The notes: generated from the sequence alone by a model not told the origin. Counted from the first letter of the stretch, positions 10,619 through 21,324 are shown. The stretch: DNA of 64,000 bases from Maribacter sp. (GCF_039974175.1 NZ_JBDWJN010000012.1:60724-124723); one strand, 5' to 3'. Numbers and translations: made by a program.

Positions 10619-11290
10619 ATGGGGAAATTATTTTTGGTTCCTACACCAATAGGCAATTTGGAGGACATCACTTTACGCGCCATTCGCATTTTAAAGGAAG
10701 CTGATGTAATCTTAGCGGAAGACACGCGCACTAGCGGGAAGTTGTTGCAGCACTTCGAAATAACAACGCCTATGCAGCGTCACCATATGCACAATGAACA
10801 TAAAACGGTTGATGCTTTGGTAAAACGAATGTTGGCAGGAGCAACCTTTGCACTAATCTCTGATGCCGGTACCCCAGCGATCTCCGACCCCGGATTTCTA
10901 TTGACCCGTGCTTGTGTTGCAAAGGGTATCGAAGTTGAATGTTTGCCAGGGGCAACAGCGTTTGTTCCTGCCTTGGTGAATAGTGGGCTTCCCAATGATA
11001 AGTTCGTTTTCGAGGGGTTTCTTCCTGTTAAAAAGGGAAGACAAACGCGTTTGACCTTTTTAGCCGAAGAAACGCGCACCATGGTTTTCTATGAATCACC
11101 GCATAAACTACTAAAAACATTGGAGCATTTTGTGGCGTATTTCGGCGCTGATAGGCCGATATCTGTATCACGGGAGTTGAGCAAACTTTACGAAGAAACA
11201 ATTCGCGGAACTGTTAGCGAAGTACTCCAGCACTATATTGAAAAACCGCCTAAGGGAGAAATTGTAATTGTGGTAGGAGGCAAAAAATGA
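10619..11290 (+). CDS. rsmI: 16S rRNA (cytidine1402-2'-O)-methyltransferase
   Basis: LFLVPTPIGNLEDITLRA N-terminus, AEDTR and SDAGTPAISDPG blocks of RsmI. Confidence 0.9.
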   Translation: MGKLFLVPTPIGNLEDITLRAIRILKEADVILAEDTRTSGKLLQHFEITTPMQRHHMHNEHKTVDALVKRMLAGATFALISDAGTPAISDPGFLLTRACVAKGIEVECLPGATAFVPALVNSGLPNDKFVFEGFLPVKKGRQTRLTFLAEETRTMVFYESPHKLLKTLEHFVAYFGADRPISVSRELSKLYEETIRGTVSEVLQHYIEKPPKGEIVIVVGGKK

Positions 11291-11353
11291 CTACACTTTT
11301 GACTGTCAGTACTTTCACTATGCTACGACTAAACCTCTAAAAACCAACACCTC

Positions 11354-12406
11354 GTGGTCAAGAAGCTTCTTCCAGAAATTGATAAGGTTTACTTTATCGA
11401 CAGCTATACGCTACTACATATCCTTAAGGGAACGGGAAATATACAAGTTGATTTTGAAAACTATTTTGATTGGCAAGACAAGGCCATTTACCTTGAGAAG
11501 GGCCAATACATCAAATTTTTATCAGATGATTTTGTAGTGCGTAAAATAGAGTTCCCTGATGAAACAATGTTCAGGAACAAAGACGTTCGTGTTCTTTTTA
11601 AACATCTAATATCTTTAGGATACATTGATTTTGCAGCATGTTCTGATTGCAAGCGTTTTTTAGATAACTCTATTTTTTCAGAAGATACCAAAGAGATTAT
11701 CGATATTTCTTCCAAACAATGGTATTGGCAAAACCCCTTTAAAGCCAGCAAAAGCGAATACCAAATTATTTTCGATGTCAAGGAAGTGATTGATGAACAG
11801 TTTTCCAACAACCTGACCAATACTGACTTGGTCAAGTTGATTAATGAAAACGGGGTGGACGCGCAAGCATTGGTAAATAAAAAAGTTGGCTTGTCAATCA
11901 ACAAATTATTGGGTAAAAAAAGATTGGTAGAGAGCAAACGCAAAATCGCTTTTACCGATAAGAACATACAGGAGATTTCCTATGAAACGGGTTTTAAAGA
12001 CGTTGCATATTTTAACAGAGTATTTAAAAACACCACCGGAAATACACCTTCTGAGTTTCGATTGAATTTCGATTTTAAGGAACGAGATACTTTTGTTCAA
12101 GATATCATTAGTCTTATAAAAGCCTATCACACCGAGCAACGCTCATTGGAGTTCTATGCCGATAAAATGAACCTAGCGGTAAAGACCCTATCTAAAAAAA
12201 CCCGAGATAAACTGAACACTTCCTTGGGGCAATTGATTCGAGCTGAACTGATAAGTTCTTCGAAGATTAGACTGGCAGAAGGTATGCCGATTCAGGAGAT
12301 CGCATATCAAATGGGTTTTGAGGAATCCAATCATTTTTCGAACTTTTTTAAACATTACACAGGCATAACCCCTACAGAATTCAACTCAGAAAAGTACAAT
12401 TCTTAG
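11354..12406 (+). CDS. AraC-family regulator with two tandem AraC-type DNA-binding modules
   Basis: Two separate signature segments (ISYETGFKDVAYFNRVFKNTTGNTPSEFR and IAYQMGFEESNHFSNFFKHYTGITPTEFN); GTG start. Confidence 0.8.
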   Translation: MVKKLLPEIDKVYFIDSYTLLHILKGTGNIQVDFENYFDWQDKAIYLEKGQYIKFLSDDFVVRKIEFPDETMFRNKDVRVLFKHLISLGYIDFAACSDCKRFLDNSIFSEDTKEIIDISSKQWYWQNPFKASKSEYQIIFDVKEVIDEQFSNNLTNTDLVKLINENGVDAQALVNKKVGLSINKLLGKKRLVESKRKIAFTDKNIQEISYETGFKDVAYFNRVFKNTTGNTPSEFRLNFDFKERDTFVQDIISLIKAYHTEQRSLEFYADKMNLAVKTLSKKTRDKLNTSLGQLIRAELISSSKIRLAEGMPIQEIAYQMGFEESNHFSNFFKHYTGITPTEFNSEKYNS

Positions 12407-12480
12407 CGCCTTTTTTGTAGCATTTAAACTTCGCTCTTCCTTCATCTTTGCAGTGTAAAAATTCACTAAAAATTATAAAG

Positions 12481-12834
12481 ATGAATATTAAAGCACAAGT
12501 AACAAAAATGGATGCTATAGTAGCTCAAGGAGCTATTGTTGAAGCCGTAAAAGAATTTTTTGCTGACCATGCCATTACATCAGACTACGGAAATGGCGAA
12601 ACAAACGGAAAGCCCGAAATGATCAATAAGATGGAAGGTTTTGCCGGAGCGATTGCCCAGGTAAATGGTATTACACATCATCATTCTATTGTTGATGGGC
12701 ATGTATCCGCCTCAGAATTCACATTCGATTTTGACATGAAAGATGGCAGTAAAATTTACTGGCACGAAATCATTCGACGTGTATGGAATGACGAAGGGAA
12801 AGTAATTCAAGAAGAATATTTTAACGCAGCATAG
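12481..12834 (+). CDS. Small NTF2/SnoaL-like protein (function uncertain)
   Basis: ATG at 12481; 117-aa ORF; fold call from size and pattern only. Confidence 0.5.
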   Translation: MNIKAQVTKMDAIVAQGAIVEAVKEFFADHAITSDYGNGETNGKPEMINKMEGFAGAIAQVNGITHHHSIVDGHVSASEFTFDFDMKDGSKIYWHEIIRRVWNDEGKVIQEEYFNAA

Positions 12835-12855
12835 TTAGCATAAAAACATCTAATA

Positions 12856-13326
12856 ATGAAAACAATAAAATCAACATTTGTATTAATCACATTCGTTTTT
12901 GCCAGCATCGTATCTGCCCAAGATAAGATGGCGAACAATATTGATAATAGTAATATAGCCCTTGAAGGGTATAGCCCAGTATCCTATTTAGATTTAGGGC
13001 TAGCACAAAGAGGAAGCAAAGAATTTAAGTCTGAGCATAATAAGGTGACGTACTACCTGACCTCTGCAGAGCAGAAAGCCACTTTTGACAAAAACCCAGC
13101 CAGGTACTTACCTCAATATGGTGGGTTCTGTGCTTTTGGAGCATATGCAGGCGCTAAATTTAGAGTAGACCCCAATAAGTTTATCGTTAAAGACGGAAAG
13201 TACTACTTGTACTTGAACAATGTCGAATTAGATGCAAAGCAACTATGGCTGCAAGAAAATAACCATGGCAAGTTAAAACGTATAGCCGATACGAACTGGG
13301 AAAAGTTGAGTAAGACACACAATTAA
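12856..13326 (+). CDS. YHS-domain protein, exported
   Basis: Signal peptide, then GYSPVSYL...YYLTSAEQKATFDKNPARYLPQYGGFCAFG YHS-like block. Confidence 0.7.
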   Translation: MKTIKSTFVLITFVFASIVSAQDKMANNIDNSNIALEGYSPVSYLDLGLAQRGSKEFKSEHNKVTYYLTSAEQKATFDKNPARYLPQYGGFCAFGAYAGAKFRVDPNKFIVKDGKYYLYLNNVELDAKQLWLQENNHGKLKRIADTNWEKLSKTHN

Positions 13327-13358
13327 AATTCTTTTTATAAATTTTTAATACTAAAATC

Positions 13359-13712
13359 ATGAAATTCATAACCAAGAGAATACACGCATTTTTAGATTAC
13401 CCCGTTGCCCTTGCGCTGATAGCCCTTCCCTTCTTGTTGGGTCTAGGGAGCTCAAATCCATTGGCCTTACAGCTTTCAGTTGCTACGGGAATAGCAGCAC
13501 TTATTTTGACCCTGCTAACCAATCATCACTTAGGCGTACTTAAGGTTATTCCTTATACGTTTCACCTAGCTGTTGACTTTTTGGTCGCTATCGTATTCAT
13601 TTTAGCACCTTTTATTTTTTCCTTCGAAGGAATAGATGCCTATTACTATTGGATTAACGGTATCGCCGTACTTGTTGTTGTAAGCTTACACAAGTCAGAA
13701 GTGGCCGTATAG
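13359..13712 (+). CDS. Hypothetical integral membrane protein
   Basis: 117 aa with four hydrophobic helices. Confidence 0.55.
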   Translation: MKFITKRIHAFLDYPVALALIALPFLLGLGSSNPLALQLSVATGIAALILTLLTNHHLGVLKVIPYTFHLAVDFLVAIVFILAPFIFSFEGIDAYYYWINGIAVLVVVSLHKSEVAV

Positions 13713-14020
13713 CATAGCATAATAGCGGCAAATAGAAGTTTGGTTGGTTATGGCACTGGGCATGTCAATCTTATGATTGATGTGCTTGGGGTCTTAGCCA
13801 GTATTTAAAAAACTCAAAATGAAAGTGGTTTTAATCTAAAATAACAGCAAAGAAAAAATGGGAGAACTTCTTTTAAGAACCCAAGCTCGCAATGGTGAAT
13901 GGATTGAATTTAAGCAAAGTAGGTATTCAATTCACAGAATACTACATGCCGAAGACGGAATAAAGTTAATGGTGATAGGTGTTCGCCAGGCTTTTTCATA
14001 CATTTAAGGAAACAGGTTGG

Positions 14021-14599
14021 ATGAAAAAATTACTCTCTGAAATTAGAGCTTGCGAAGTTTGCAAAGCACATTTGCCCTTAGGACCAAGACCTATCGTCAC
14101 CGCGCATTCCGAAGCCAAAATCATAATAATAGGTCAAGCACCGGGCACCAAAGTTCACGAAACGGGAGTGCCATGGGATGATCCCAGCGGGAGACAATTG
14201 CGAAAATGGCTCGGTGTTACGGATGAAGTATTCTATGATGAACGTAAAATTGCGTTAGTCCCAATGGGATTTTGCTACCCTGGAAAAGGAAAAGGTGGTG
14301 ATTTACCGCCACGAACTGAGTGTGCCCCTTTATGGCATCAAAAACTATGGCATGAGATGCCGAATTTAGAACTAATCGTTCTCATTGGCACCTATGCACA
14401 GAAGTACTACTTAAAGGAAGAAATGAAAAAGAACTTGACCGAAACGGTCAAGGCCTATCAAAACTATTTGCCCAAATATTTTCCCTTGCCGCATCCATCT
14501 CCTAGAAACAGATTTTGGTTAGGAAAGAACCCTTGGTTTGAAACCGAGGTGCTACCTCATCTCATAGCACAGACCCAAAAAATTCTAATAACTGACTGA
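14021..14599 (+). CDS. Uracil-DNA glycosylase superfamily protein
   Basis: CEVC...IIIGQAPG motif and C-terminal HPSPRN block; start set to ATG 14021. Confidence 0.85.
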   Translation: MKKLLSEIRACEVCKAHLPLGPRPIVTAHSEAKIIIIGQAPGTKVHETGVPWDDPSGRQLRKWLGVTDEVFYDERKIALVPMGFCYPGKGKGGDLPPRTECAPLWHQKLWHEMPNLELIVLIGTYAQKYYLKEEMKKNLTETVKAYQNYLPKYFPLPHPSPRNRFWLGKNPWFETEVLPHLIAQTQKILITD

Positions 14600-15169
14600 T
14601 GCGCGTAATCTACTAAAGGTCTCAGGTTTCATATTGAGGTACGAGGCCAAATATTTCTGAGGTATTATCTTCAATTCGTCAGGACAGCGTTTCATAAATG
14701 AGATATAGCGATCTTGAGCATTTAGCGTCAGCAGCTCTACCTCTCGAGAAAGTCGCCCTAAAAGCACGGCTTTAAAAAACTCGTGCCCCCATTCATGAAA
14801 TTTTGGATAGTGCTGAAAAAGACGTTGATAGTTTGTATAGCTGATAGCTAATAATTTAGAAGGCTTTAAGGCTTCTAAAAACAAGGTGGCAGGTTTTCTG
14901 TTTACGAAAGAATCGAAAACGCCTGATGGGCTTCCACTATATGAAAAGCCCAATACTACTTTTTCGCCTTTTTCATTTACTAGATACACCGCTTGAACAC
15001 CCTCTAAGACATAATAAAAGAAGTTTTCTATACGCCCTGCTTCAGTGATTAGATCGTATTGTTTGAACGTCTTTATTTGCCATAAATCGCGAAAATAGTG
15101 TTCAGATTCACCAGAGAAATCATTCTGAGGGAAAAACTGAAGAAGCTTTGAAAATTCCGAATCGGTCAT
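14585..15169 (-). CDS. Crp/Fnr-family transcriptional regulator
   Basis: cNMP-binding-like N-terminal domain plus C-terminal HTH (QKYLASYLNMKPETFSRLR). Confidence 0.8.
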   Translation of the reverse strand: MTDSEFSKLLQFFPQNDFSGESEHYFRDLWQIKTFKQYDLITEAGRIENFFYYVLEGVQAVYLVNEKGEKVVLGFSYSGSPSGVFDSFVNRKPATLFLEALKPSKLLAISYTNYQRLFQHYPKFHEWGHEFFKAVLLGRLSREVELLTLNAQDRYISFMKRCPDELKIIPQKYLASYLNMKPETFSRLRASVSY

Positions 15170-15201
15170 TGAGATAAAGTTACCGATTTCAATACTATGT
15201 T

Positions 15202-15783
15202 TTATAGCACACCCTTTTGAATTATTTCATCAATTTGAAGCATATGACGTTCGATATGCGCCAGTAGAAATTCAAAGCATTCGGGTAAATAGAAGGATAC
15301 AATAGGACCAATCGCTGAACTAATTTTGAGTTTAGAACTATTTTTTGAACGACTTTCTACTATGGCATTTTTCAAATGTAAATGCAGTTTTTCAAATCGC
15401 TCAAAAATGGCTTCCATAGCGTCTTGGTCAAGTTTCGCTATTTCTAAAACCGGTTCAAACCTTTTTAGGGTTTTCATTTTCATCTTTCGCTTATTATTCT
15501 TTGGTCGCGTACTGTCAATGACGAAACGCTGCCACCATCTTACCTTAAATGAGGTGTCGGTATTTTCTTTGCATGGAAGATTAACCAGGGTAGTATCGAT
15601 TTTGTCTATATAAAGTTGGTAGGCGATATTCAAATGTTCGATAGTTTCTACTACCGACCATGCCTTTGAATTCGGAGGGGTCATCAGCTGGTGATTATCC
15701 AAAAGTCTAAGCTCATTAACCTTATGCAGAACTGAATTTAGTCGTTGAATTTGATTCTCAGGAGTCACTATGAAGCTCGCCAT
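15202..15783 (-). CDS. DinB-family protein
   Basis: Helical-bundle pattern with conserved His positions (IEHLN ... LAHIERHMLQI). Confidence 0.7.
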   Translation of the reverse strand: MASFIVTPENQIQRLNSVLHKVNELRLLDNHQLMTPPNSKAWSVVETIEHLNIAYQLYIDKIDTTLVNLPCKENTDTSFKVRWWQRFVIDSTRPKNNKRKMKMKTLKRFEPVLEIAKLDQDAMEAIFERFEKLHLHLKNAIVESRSKNSSKLKISSAIGPIVSFYLPECFEFLLAHIERHMLQIDEIIQKGVL

Positions 15784-15901
15784 AACTGTTCGTTTTTGAT
15801 GTTACCAAAGTTCCAGTATTTGAGAGTGATAAATGTTGATTTGCATCAAGAAATTATAGTGCTGCTATTAACATAGTAAATGGGTTTAACAATGTAAGAA
15901 T

Positions 15902-16504
15902 CTAATAGCGAGACCCATCATGCTTCCCTTTCTCCCAACCGTGCTTTCCTAAATATTGGTCGCCACTCTCAACAGCGCCATCTTCGATTGAGGTTCCCAT
16001 TGAATCATTCCATCGATTCAGATATCCAAAGAGTGAAATTACCCCTAGCATTTCTACAATTTCACCTTCATTCCAGTGCTCATATAAACGCGCTTTGATG
16101 TCGGCATCAACGCCGTTGGGTACTTGAGAAGCTTGTAGCGAAAAATCTAAAGCCGCACGTTCTGCTTCAGAGAAGGCAGGATGCGTTCTGTATTCCCAAA
16201 TATTATCCAATTGTTCCTGCTCAGCTCCGTAACGCTCTGCAGCTCGAATGGCGTGCGCTTGGCAATAACGGCACCCGGTCGAATTACTACTTACCCAGGC
16301 TATCATACGCTTTAAGGCTGAGGTCACTCGCCCTTCATTGGCCATAACGGCTTTATTTAAGTTGATGAAAGCTTTTGAAATTGCAGGACGATGTTGCATT
16401 GTCAACACCGAATTGGGGCAAAAGCCAAGGGTTTCATTAAAAAATTTTGCCAGCTCTGCAGTTTCTGGACTATGACTAGGATCAAGCGGGTTTACTAAAG
16501 GCAT
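15902..16504 (-). CDS. Carboxymuconolactone decarboxylase/AhpD-like peroxidase-related protein
   Basis: CxxC-H motif (GCRYCQAH) in an AhpD-like core. Confidence 0.8.
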   Translation of the reverse strand: MPLVNPLDPSHSPETAELAKFFNETLGFCPNSVLTMQHRPAISKAFINLNKAVMANEGRVTSALKRMIAWVSSNSTGCRYCQAHAIRAAERYGAEQEQLDNIWEYRTHPAFSEAERAALDFSLQASQVPNGVDADIKARLYEHWNEGEIVEMLGVISLFGYLNRWNDSMGTSIEDGAVESGDQYLGKHGWEKGKHDGSRY

Positions 16505-16609
16505 ATGCTAAAGTTAGAAGTTAGTATTACAAGGCACGAAAGCAAAAACGAACCATTTTCTAAGGCTCCAAATTATCGTACATTTATCGCTCACAAGAAA
16601 CGAAAATTT

Positions 16610-17038
16610 ATGGCGACTACAAATCATATCACTACGAAATGGCTGGGCAATATGGCCTTTGAAAGTAACAACCCCTCAGGGCATAACTTAACTATCGACA
16701 TTGCAAAAGAAGACGGCGGTGATAGTAGCGGTTTAAGGCCAAAAGCGTTGATGCTAAGTTCGCTTGCTGGTTGCTCTGGTCTTGATGTGGCATCACTGAT
16801 GAAGAAAATGAAACTAGAAGTAGATGAATTTACCATCGAAACCATTGCCAATCTTACTGATGAACATCCAAAATTCTACGACAAGGTAGTTGTGGAATAC
16901 CATTTTCACGGAAAAAAACTACAAGAAAAAAAGCTGCATAAAGCGGTTGACTTATCTATAGAAAAATACTGTGGTGTAATGGAGATGTTTCGGCAGTTTG
17001 CGGAACTTGATATCAAAACTATTTTTCATCATAAATAG
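16610..17038 (+). CDS. OsmC-family peroxiredoxin-like protein
   Basis: SLAGCSGLDV and EKYCGV cysteine blocks; start set to ATG 16610. Confidence 0.8.
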   Translation: MATTNHITTKWLGNMAFESNNPSGHNLTIDIAKEDGGDSSGLRPKALMLSSLAGCSGLDVASLMKKMKLEVDEFTIETIANLTDEHPKFYDKVVVEYHFHGKKLQEKKLHKAVDLSIEKYCGVMEMFRQFAELDIKTIFHHK

Positions 17039-17042
17039 GTAA

Positions 17043-17933
17043 ATGAAATTTATAAGCACCCCTTCAGAACGCTTTGAAAATTTGCCGGGTTTCAGTTTTA
17101 AAGAAAACTACGTGCAATTTCAGGATATGAAAATGCACTATATAGATGAAGGAGCAGGAGAGATCATATTGGCGCTTCATGGAGAACCGAGTTGGTGTTA
17201 TTTGTATCGAAAATTCGTACCCGTATTAGGAGCATATCGCTTCATTGCTCCTGATTTTTTTGGTTTTGGAAAATCGGACAAACCCACTCAAACAAAGGAC
17301 TATTCGTATGAATTTCATTTAGAAACCTTGATTCATTTCTGCAAGCAACTTGCACTTCGAGATATTACCTTAGTTGTTCAAGATTGGGGAGGCTTATTAG
17401 GCCTCGGGCTGCTTGGTCAACAGCCCGAGTTGTTTAAGCGAGTGGTTATTATGAACACTTTTTTGCCTGTTGGAAAAAGTTTGAAATTTCCCTTTAAGAT
17501 GTGGCAGTGGTTTGCCAAATACCACCCTTCAATTCCGGTTGGTGGTGTTATTCAGTTTGCCAGTCACCGCACCATATCAAAAGATATTTTAAAAGCCTAT
17601 GACGCCCCTTTTCCAAGCAGAAAATACAAGGCTGGCGCGCGAATTTTTCCGTCATTAGTACCAGGTAAGAAGAATGACCCTGCAGTGCCGTATCTTAAAA
17701 TGGCACGAGAAGTATTGTCAAAATGGAACAAACCCGCATTGGTTCTTTTTTCAGATAAAGACAAAGTGCTGGGAGGCCTTGAAAAGTTCTTTTATAAACT
17801 AATCCCTACCGCCAAAGACCAACGGAAGATCTTGATTGCCGACGCCGGCCACTTTTTACAGGAAGAAAAAGGAGAGGAGATCGCCAGGTATATTGATGCG
17901 TTTGTAAAAGGGGAATTGGAGATTAAGGCTTAA
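17043..17933 (+). CDS. Haloalkane dehalogenase-like alpha/beta hydrolase
   Basis: HGEPSWCYLYRK, DFFGFGKSDKP and nucleophile block VVQDWGG. Confidence 0.8.
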   Translation: MKFISTPSERFENLPGFSFKENYVQFQDMKMHYIDEGAGEIILALHGEPSWCYLYRKFVPVLGAYRFIAPDFFGFGKSDKPTQTKDYSYEFHLETLIHFCKQLALRDITLVVQDWGGLLGLGLLGQQPELFKRVVIMNTFLPVGKSLKFPFKMWQWFAKYHPSIPVGGVIQFASHRTISKDILKAYDAPFPSRKYKAGARIFPSLVPGKKNDPAVPYLKMAREVLSKWNKPALVLFSDKDKVLGGLEKFFYKLIPTAKDQRKILIADAGHFLQEEKGEEIARYIDAFVKGELEIKA

Positions 17934-17978
17934 TCTCGTGAAATTTTGAACGTGACACTTGAACTTGAATTTTAACCC

Positions 17979-19667
17979 ATGCGCTGGACCATAAAACCCA
18001 AACCAGAACAAAACGAAATCGACCGACTAGCCGCTGAGCTCAAGGTCGATCAACTGGTTGCGCATTTGTTGTTACAACGTGGCATCACTACTTATGACGA
18101 AGCCAAAAAGTTCTTTCGACCTCAACTGTCTGATCTACACGACCCCTTTTTAATGAAGGATATGGATGTAGCTGTTGCCCGCATCGAAAGAGCCATTTCC
18201 AACAGCGAAAACATTCTGATTTTCGGTGATTACGATGTCGACGGAACCACCTCAGTCGCTTTAGTGTCTTCCTATTTGTTGCGCTCCTACCCCAATGTGG
18301 CTACGTATATTCCTGATCGTTATGAGGAAGGATACGGAGTTTCCTACCAGGGCATTGACTTTGCTGAAGACAATGGTTTTTCGCTCATTATCGCTTTAGA
18401 CTGTGGTGTAAAAGCCATTGACAAAATAGCCTACGCCAAGGAAAAAGGCATTGAATTTATCATTTGCGATCATCACCGCCCAGGTGACAATTTACCAGAA
18501 GCTATTGCGGTATTAGACCCCAAAAGGGCAGACTGTGCATACCCCTACGATGAGCTATGTGGTTGTGGGGTTGGTTTTAAATTGATACAGGCCTTGGCTT
18601 CGCAAAAAGGGGAAACCATCGACGATTTGATTCCCTATTTAGATTTGGTGGCGACCGCCATAGGCGCAGATATTGTTCCCATAACCGGAGAGAATCGGGT
18701 ATTGGCCTACCACGGGCTGCAGCTCATCAATTCGAATCCAAGAATAGGCTTTAAAGCTATTATAAGTCAACTAAATAAAACGGTACTCACGATTACCGAT
18801 GTGGTATTTATTATTGCCCCACGTATCAATGCGGCAGGCCGCATGAAACACGGGCAGCACGCGGTTAATCTATTGACCGAAACCAATTTGGAAGTAGCTC
18901 AAAAATTTGCGGCTGAAATTGAAAAATTCAATGTAGACCGTCGAAGTCTTGATAAGGAAATCACTCAGGAAGCCCTGAAGCAGATTCAAGAAAATAATGA
19001 AGAAAAGCGGTTTACCTCTGTTGTTTATAAAGATTCGTGGCACAAGGGAGTAATAGGTATTGTTGCATCTCGCTTAACGGAAACCTATTATAGGCCAACA
19101 TTGGTTTTTACCAAAAGTGGCGATAAACTCGCAGCCTCGGCACGTTCGGTAAAAGGTTTTGATGTCTACAATGCACTGCAAGCTTGCTCAGATTGTATCG
19201 AACAATTTGGCGGGCATAAATATGCTGCAGGCCTAACACTGCTTGAAGAGCAGTACGAAGCGTTCAAAACCCAATTTGAAAAAGTGGTTTCAGAAACAAT
19301 AGACCCTAATTTATTGACCCCCGAAATTACGATTGATACGCGTATTGAGATCAAGGATATTACCCCTAAATTAATGCGGATTATGCGCCAATTTGCTCCA
19401 TTTGGACCTGGTAATATGACCCCTGTTTTTATGGCCGAAAGCCTTCAAGATTCAGGCTATGCAAAAGGGGTTGGGCAAGAAGGGGCACATCTCAAACTTG
19501 CGGTTACCCAAGATGGTTATGGCCCATTGGGTGGCATTGGTTTCAATTTAGGAGATAAACTACCATTGGTCATTAATAGAAATACATTTGACGCTGTTTT
19601 TTCCTTGGATGAAAACGAATGGCAAGGGAAGGTAAGCCTACAGTTGAAGTTAAAAGACTTAAAATGA
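17979..19667 (+). CDS. recJ: Single-stranded-DNA-specific exonuclease RecJ
   Basis: DHH-family motifs (GDYDVDGTTS, DCG, ICDHH) and DHHA1 region. Confidence 0.92.
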   Translation: MRWTIKPKPEQNEIDRLAAELKVDQLVAHLLLQRGITTYDEAKKFFRPQLSDLHDPFLMKDMDVAVARIERAISNSENILIFGDYDVDGTTSVALVSSYLLRSYPNVATYIPDRYEEGYGVSYQGIDFAEDNGFSLIIALDCGVKAIDKIAYAKEKGIEFIICDHHRPGDNLPEAIAVLDPKRADCAYPYDELCGCGVGFKLIQALASQKGETIDDLIPYLDLVATAIGADIVPITGENRVLAYHGLQLINSNPRIGFKAIISQLNKTVLTITDVVFIIAPRINAAGRMKHGQHAVNLLTETNLEVAQKFAAEIEKFNVDRRSLDKEITQEALKQIQENNEEKRFTSVVYKDSWHKGVIGIVASRLTETYYRPTLVFTKSGDKLAASARSVKGFDVYNALQACSDCIEQFGGHKYAAGLTLLEEQYEAFKTQFEKVVSETIDPNLLTPEITIDTRIEIKDITPKLMRIMRQFAPFGPGNMTPVFMAESLQDSGYAKGVGQEGAHLKLAVTQDGYGPLGGIGFNLGDKLPLVINRNTFDAVFSLDENEWQGKVSLQLKLKDLK

Positions 19668-20050
19668 GGATTGAACATATTGCCATTTGGGTGTCAGATA
19701 TAGAACGTATGCGAACGTTTTACGAACACTATTTTGCCGCTAAATCGGGAAAAAAGTATGTAAATTCTAGCAAGAATTTTACTTCATACTTTCTAAGTTT
19801 TGAGGCAGGCACCCGCCTAGAATTGATGCACAAACCTGAAATAGTATCTTTAGATAATGCGGAAAAAGAACATCTTGGGTACATTCATTTTGCTATCTCT
19901 GTAGGTTCAAAAGAGAAGGTAGATTCGCTCTCAGAAAAACTTAGAAAAGATGGATTCACCATTGCTGGTGAGGCAAGAACTACAGGCGACGGCTATTACG
20001 AAAGTGTAGTTTTGGATCCGGAAGGCAACCGAATTGAAATCACCATTTAA
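19664..20050 (+). CDS. VOC/glyoxalase-family protein
   Basis: MRIEHIAIWV...HFAISV...DPEGNRIEI pattern; ATGA overlap with the recJ stop. Confidence 0.75.
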   Translation: MRIEHIAIWVSDIERMRTFYEHYFAAKSGKKYVNSSKNFTSYFLSFEAGTRLELMHKPEIVSLDNAEKEHLGYIHFAISVGSKEKVDSLSEKLRKDGFTIAGEARTTGDGYYESVVLDPEGNRIEITI

Positions 20051-21324
20051 TGTCGAAATCTGTTGACCCTTATGCTGCTCTAAGATTTCGAGAATTCAAT
20101 ATCTTTTTAGTAGCTCGCTTTGCCATGGTATTTGCTTGGTCAATGCAATTCATTGTTATAGAATGGCAGGTATATTCTATGACAAAAGACCCCTGGTCTT
20201 TAGGCATTATCGGACTCATGGAAGTCATTCCTGCCGTATCAACTGCTTTGATTGCAGGTCATATTGTAGACCAAAAGGAAAAAAGAAACTTGCTCCTTAA
20301 ATGCATTATTGGGTTCACTCTTATTGGTTTTGGCTTGTTCTTACTGAGCTCACCAACCATCTCTCTTGAAATGGGGTCAAAGGTAATTCTATATGCCATT
20401 TATGTCTTAGTTTTTCTGGGAGGAATTGTGCGCGCATTTTTAGGGCCCACTATTTTTTCGTTGATCGCTTTGATTGTACCCAAAAAGGCATATCCGAATG
20501 CAGCCACATGGAGCAGTACTACTTGGCAGATGGCAGCGGTTCTAGGGCCTGCAATGGCAGGCTTATGTATTAGTTGGATTGGAGTACAGTGGTCGATGCT
20601 GGTCATTATCGCATTTTCCATCACTGCCTTGTTAATCGTTTTTAACATTTCGCAAAAGCCCATTTTAAACACAAAAATAGGAGAACCTATGCTTCAAAGT
20701 TTAACGGAAGGATTGCGATTTGTATTTCGTTCGAAAGCTATTTTCGGAGCCCTTACCCTTGATATGATCGCTGTTTTATTTGGCGGTGCGGTGGCTTTGC
20801 TTCCTGTTTTTGCGCAAGACATTTTACAAGTGGGGTCAGAAGGCTTTGGCATACTAAGGGCAGCTCCTGCAGTAGGGGCAGCAATTACAATGATAGGGTC
20901 TACGCGCTTCCCTATTCATAAATATGCAGGCAAAAAACTCCTGTGGGCTGTATTCGGTTTTGGCATCAGCATTATCGTATTCGGCCTTTCAACTTCCTTC
21001 TGGCTATCGGTATTTGCATTGTTTATGAGTGGTGCTTTAGATGGCATTTCGATGGTCATTCGGCAAACCATACTACAACTGAAAACTCCAGATGAAATGC
21101 GGGGTCGAGTAGCTTCAGTTAACTCGATGTTTGTAGGCTCTTCGAACGAACTAGGTGCCTTCGAAAGCGGTGCGACAGCCAAACTTATGGGAACGGTGAC
21201 CGCAGTGGTTTTTGGCGGCACCATGACGTTGTTGACGGTTGGTATTACGGCATTCGTTTCGCCAACGTTCAGAAAACTTGATTTACAAACAGCGGTAGCC
21301 GAGCATGAGGCTACTAGTCAGTGA
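20050..21324 (+). CDS. MFS transporter
   Basis: 424 aa, about 12 TM segments; start overlaps the upstream stop by 1 nt. Confidence 0.85.
   Translation: MSKSVDPYAALRFREFNIFLVARFAMVFAWSMQFIVIEWQVYSMTKDPWSLGIIGLMEVIPAVSTALIAGHIVDQKEKRNLLLKCIIGFTLIGFGLFLLSSPTISLEMGSKVILYAIYVLVFLGGIVRAFLGPTIFSLIALIVPKKAYPNAATWSSTTWQMAAVLGPAMAGLCISWIGVQWSMLVIIAFSITALLIVFNISQKPILNTKIGEPMLQSLTEGLRFVFRSKAIFGALTLDMIAVLFGGAVALLPVFAQDILQVGSEGFGILRAAPAVGAAITMIGSTRFPIHKYAGKKLLWAVFGFGISIIVFGLSTSFWLSVFALFMSGALDGISMVIRQTILQLKTPDEMRGRVASVNSMFVGSSNELGAFESGATAKLMGTVTAVVFGGTMTLLTVGITAFVSPTFRKLDLQTAVAEHEATSQ

Noticed and set aside
11488-11967. 159-aa minus-strand ORF (plus 11678-11866 and 11906-12139) inside the AraC-family gene
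   Set aside because: It is antisense to a CDS with clear family signatures and shows no motifs of its own.
13858-14016. 52-aa ATG ORF (MGELLLRTQARNGEWIEFKQ...) in the gap before the UDG-family gene
   Set aside because: It has no recognisable feature and partly overlaps the extended frame of the next gene. There is not enough support to call it.
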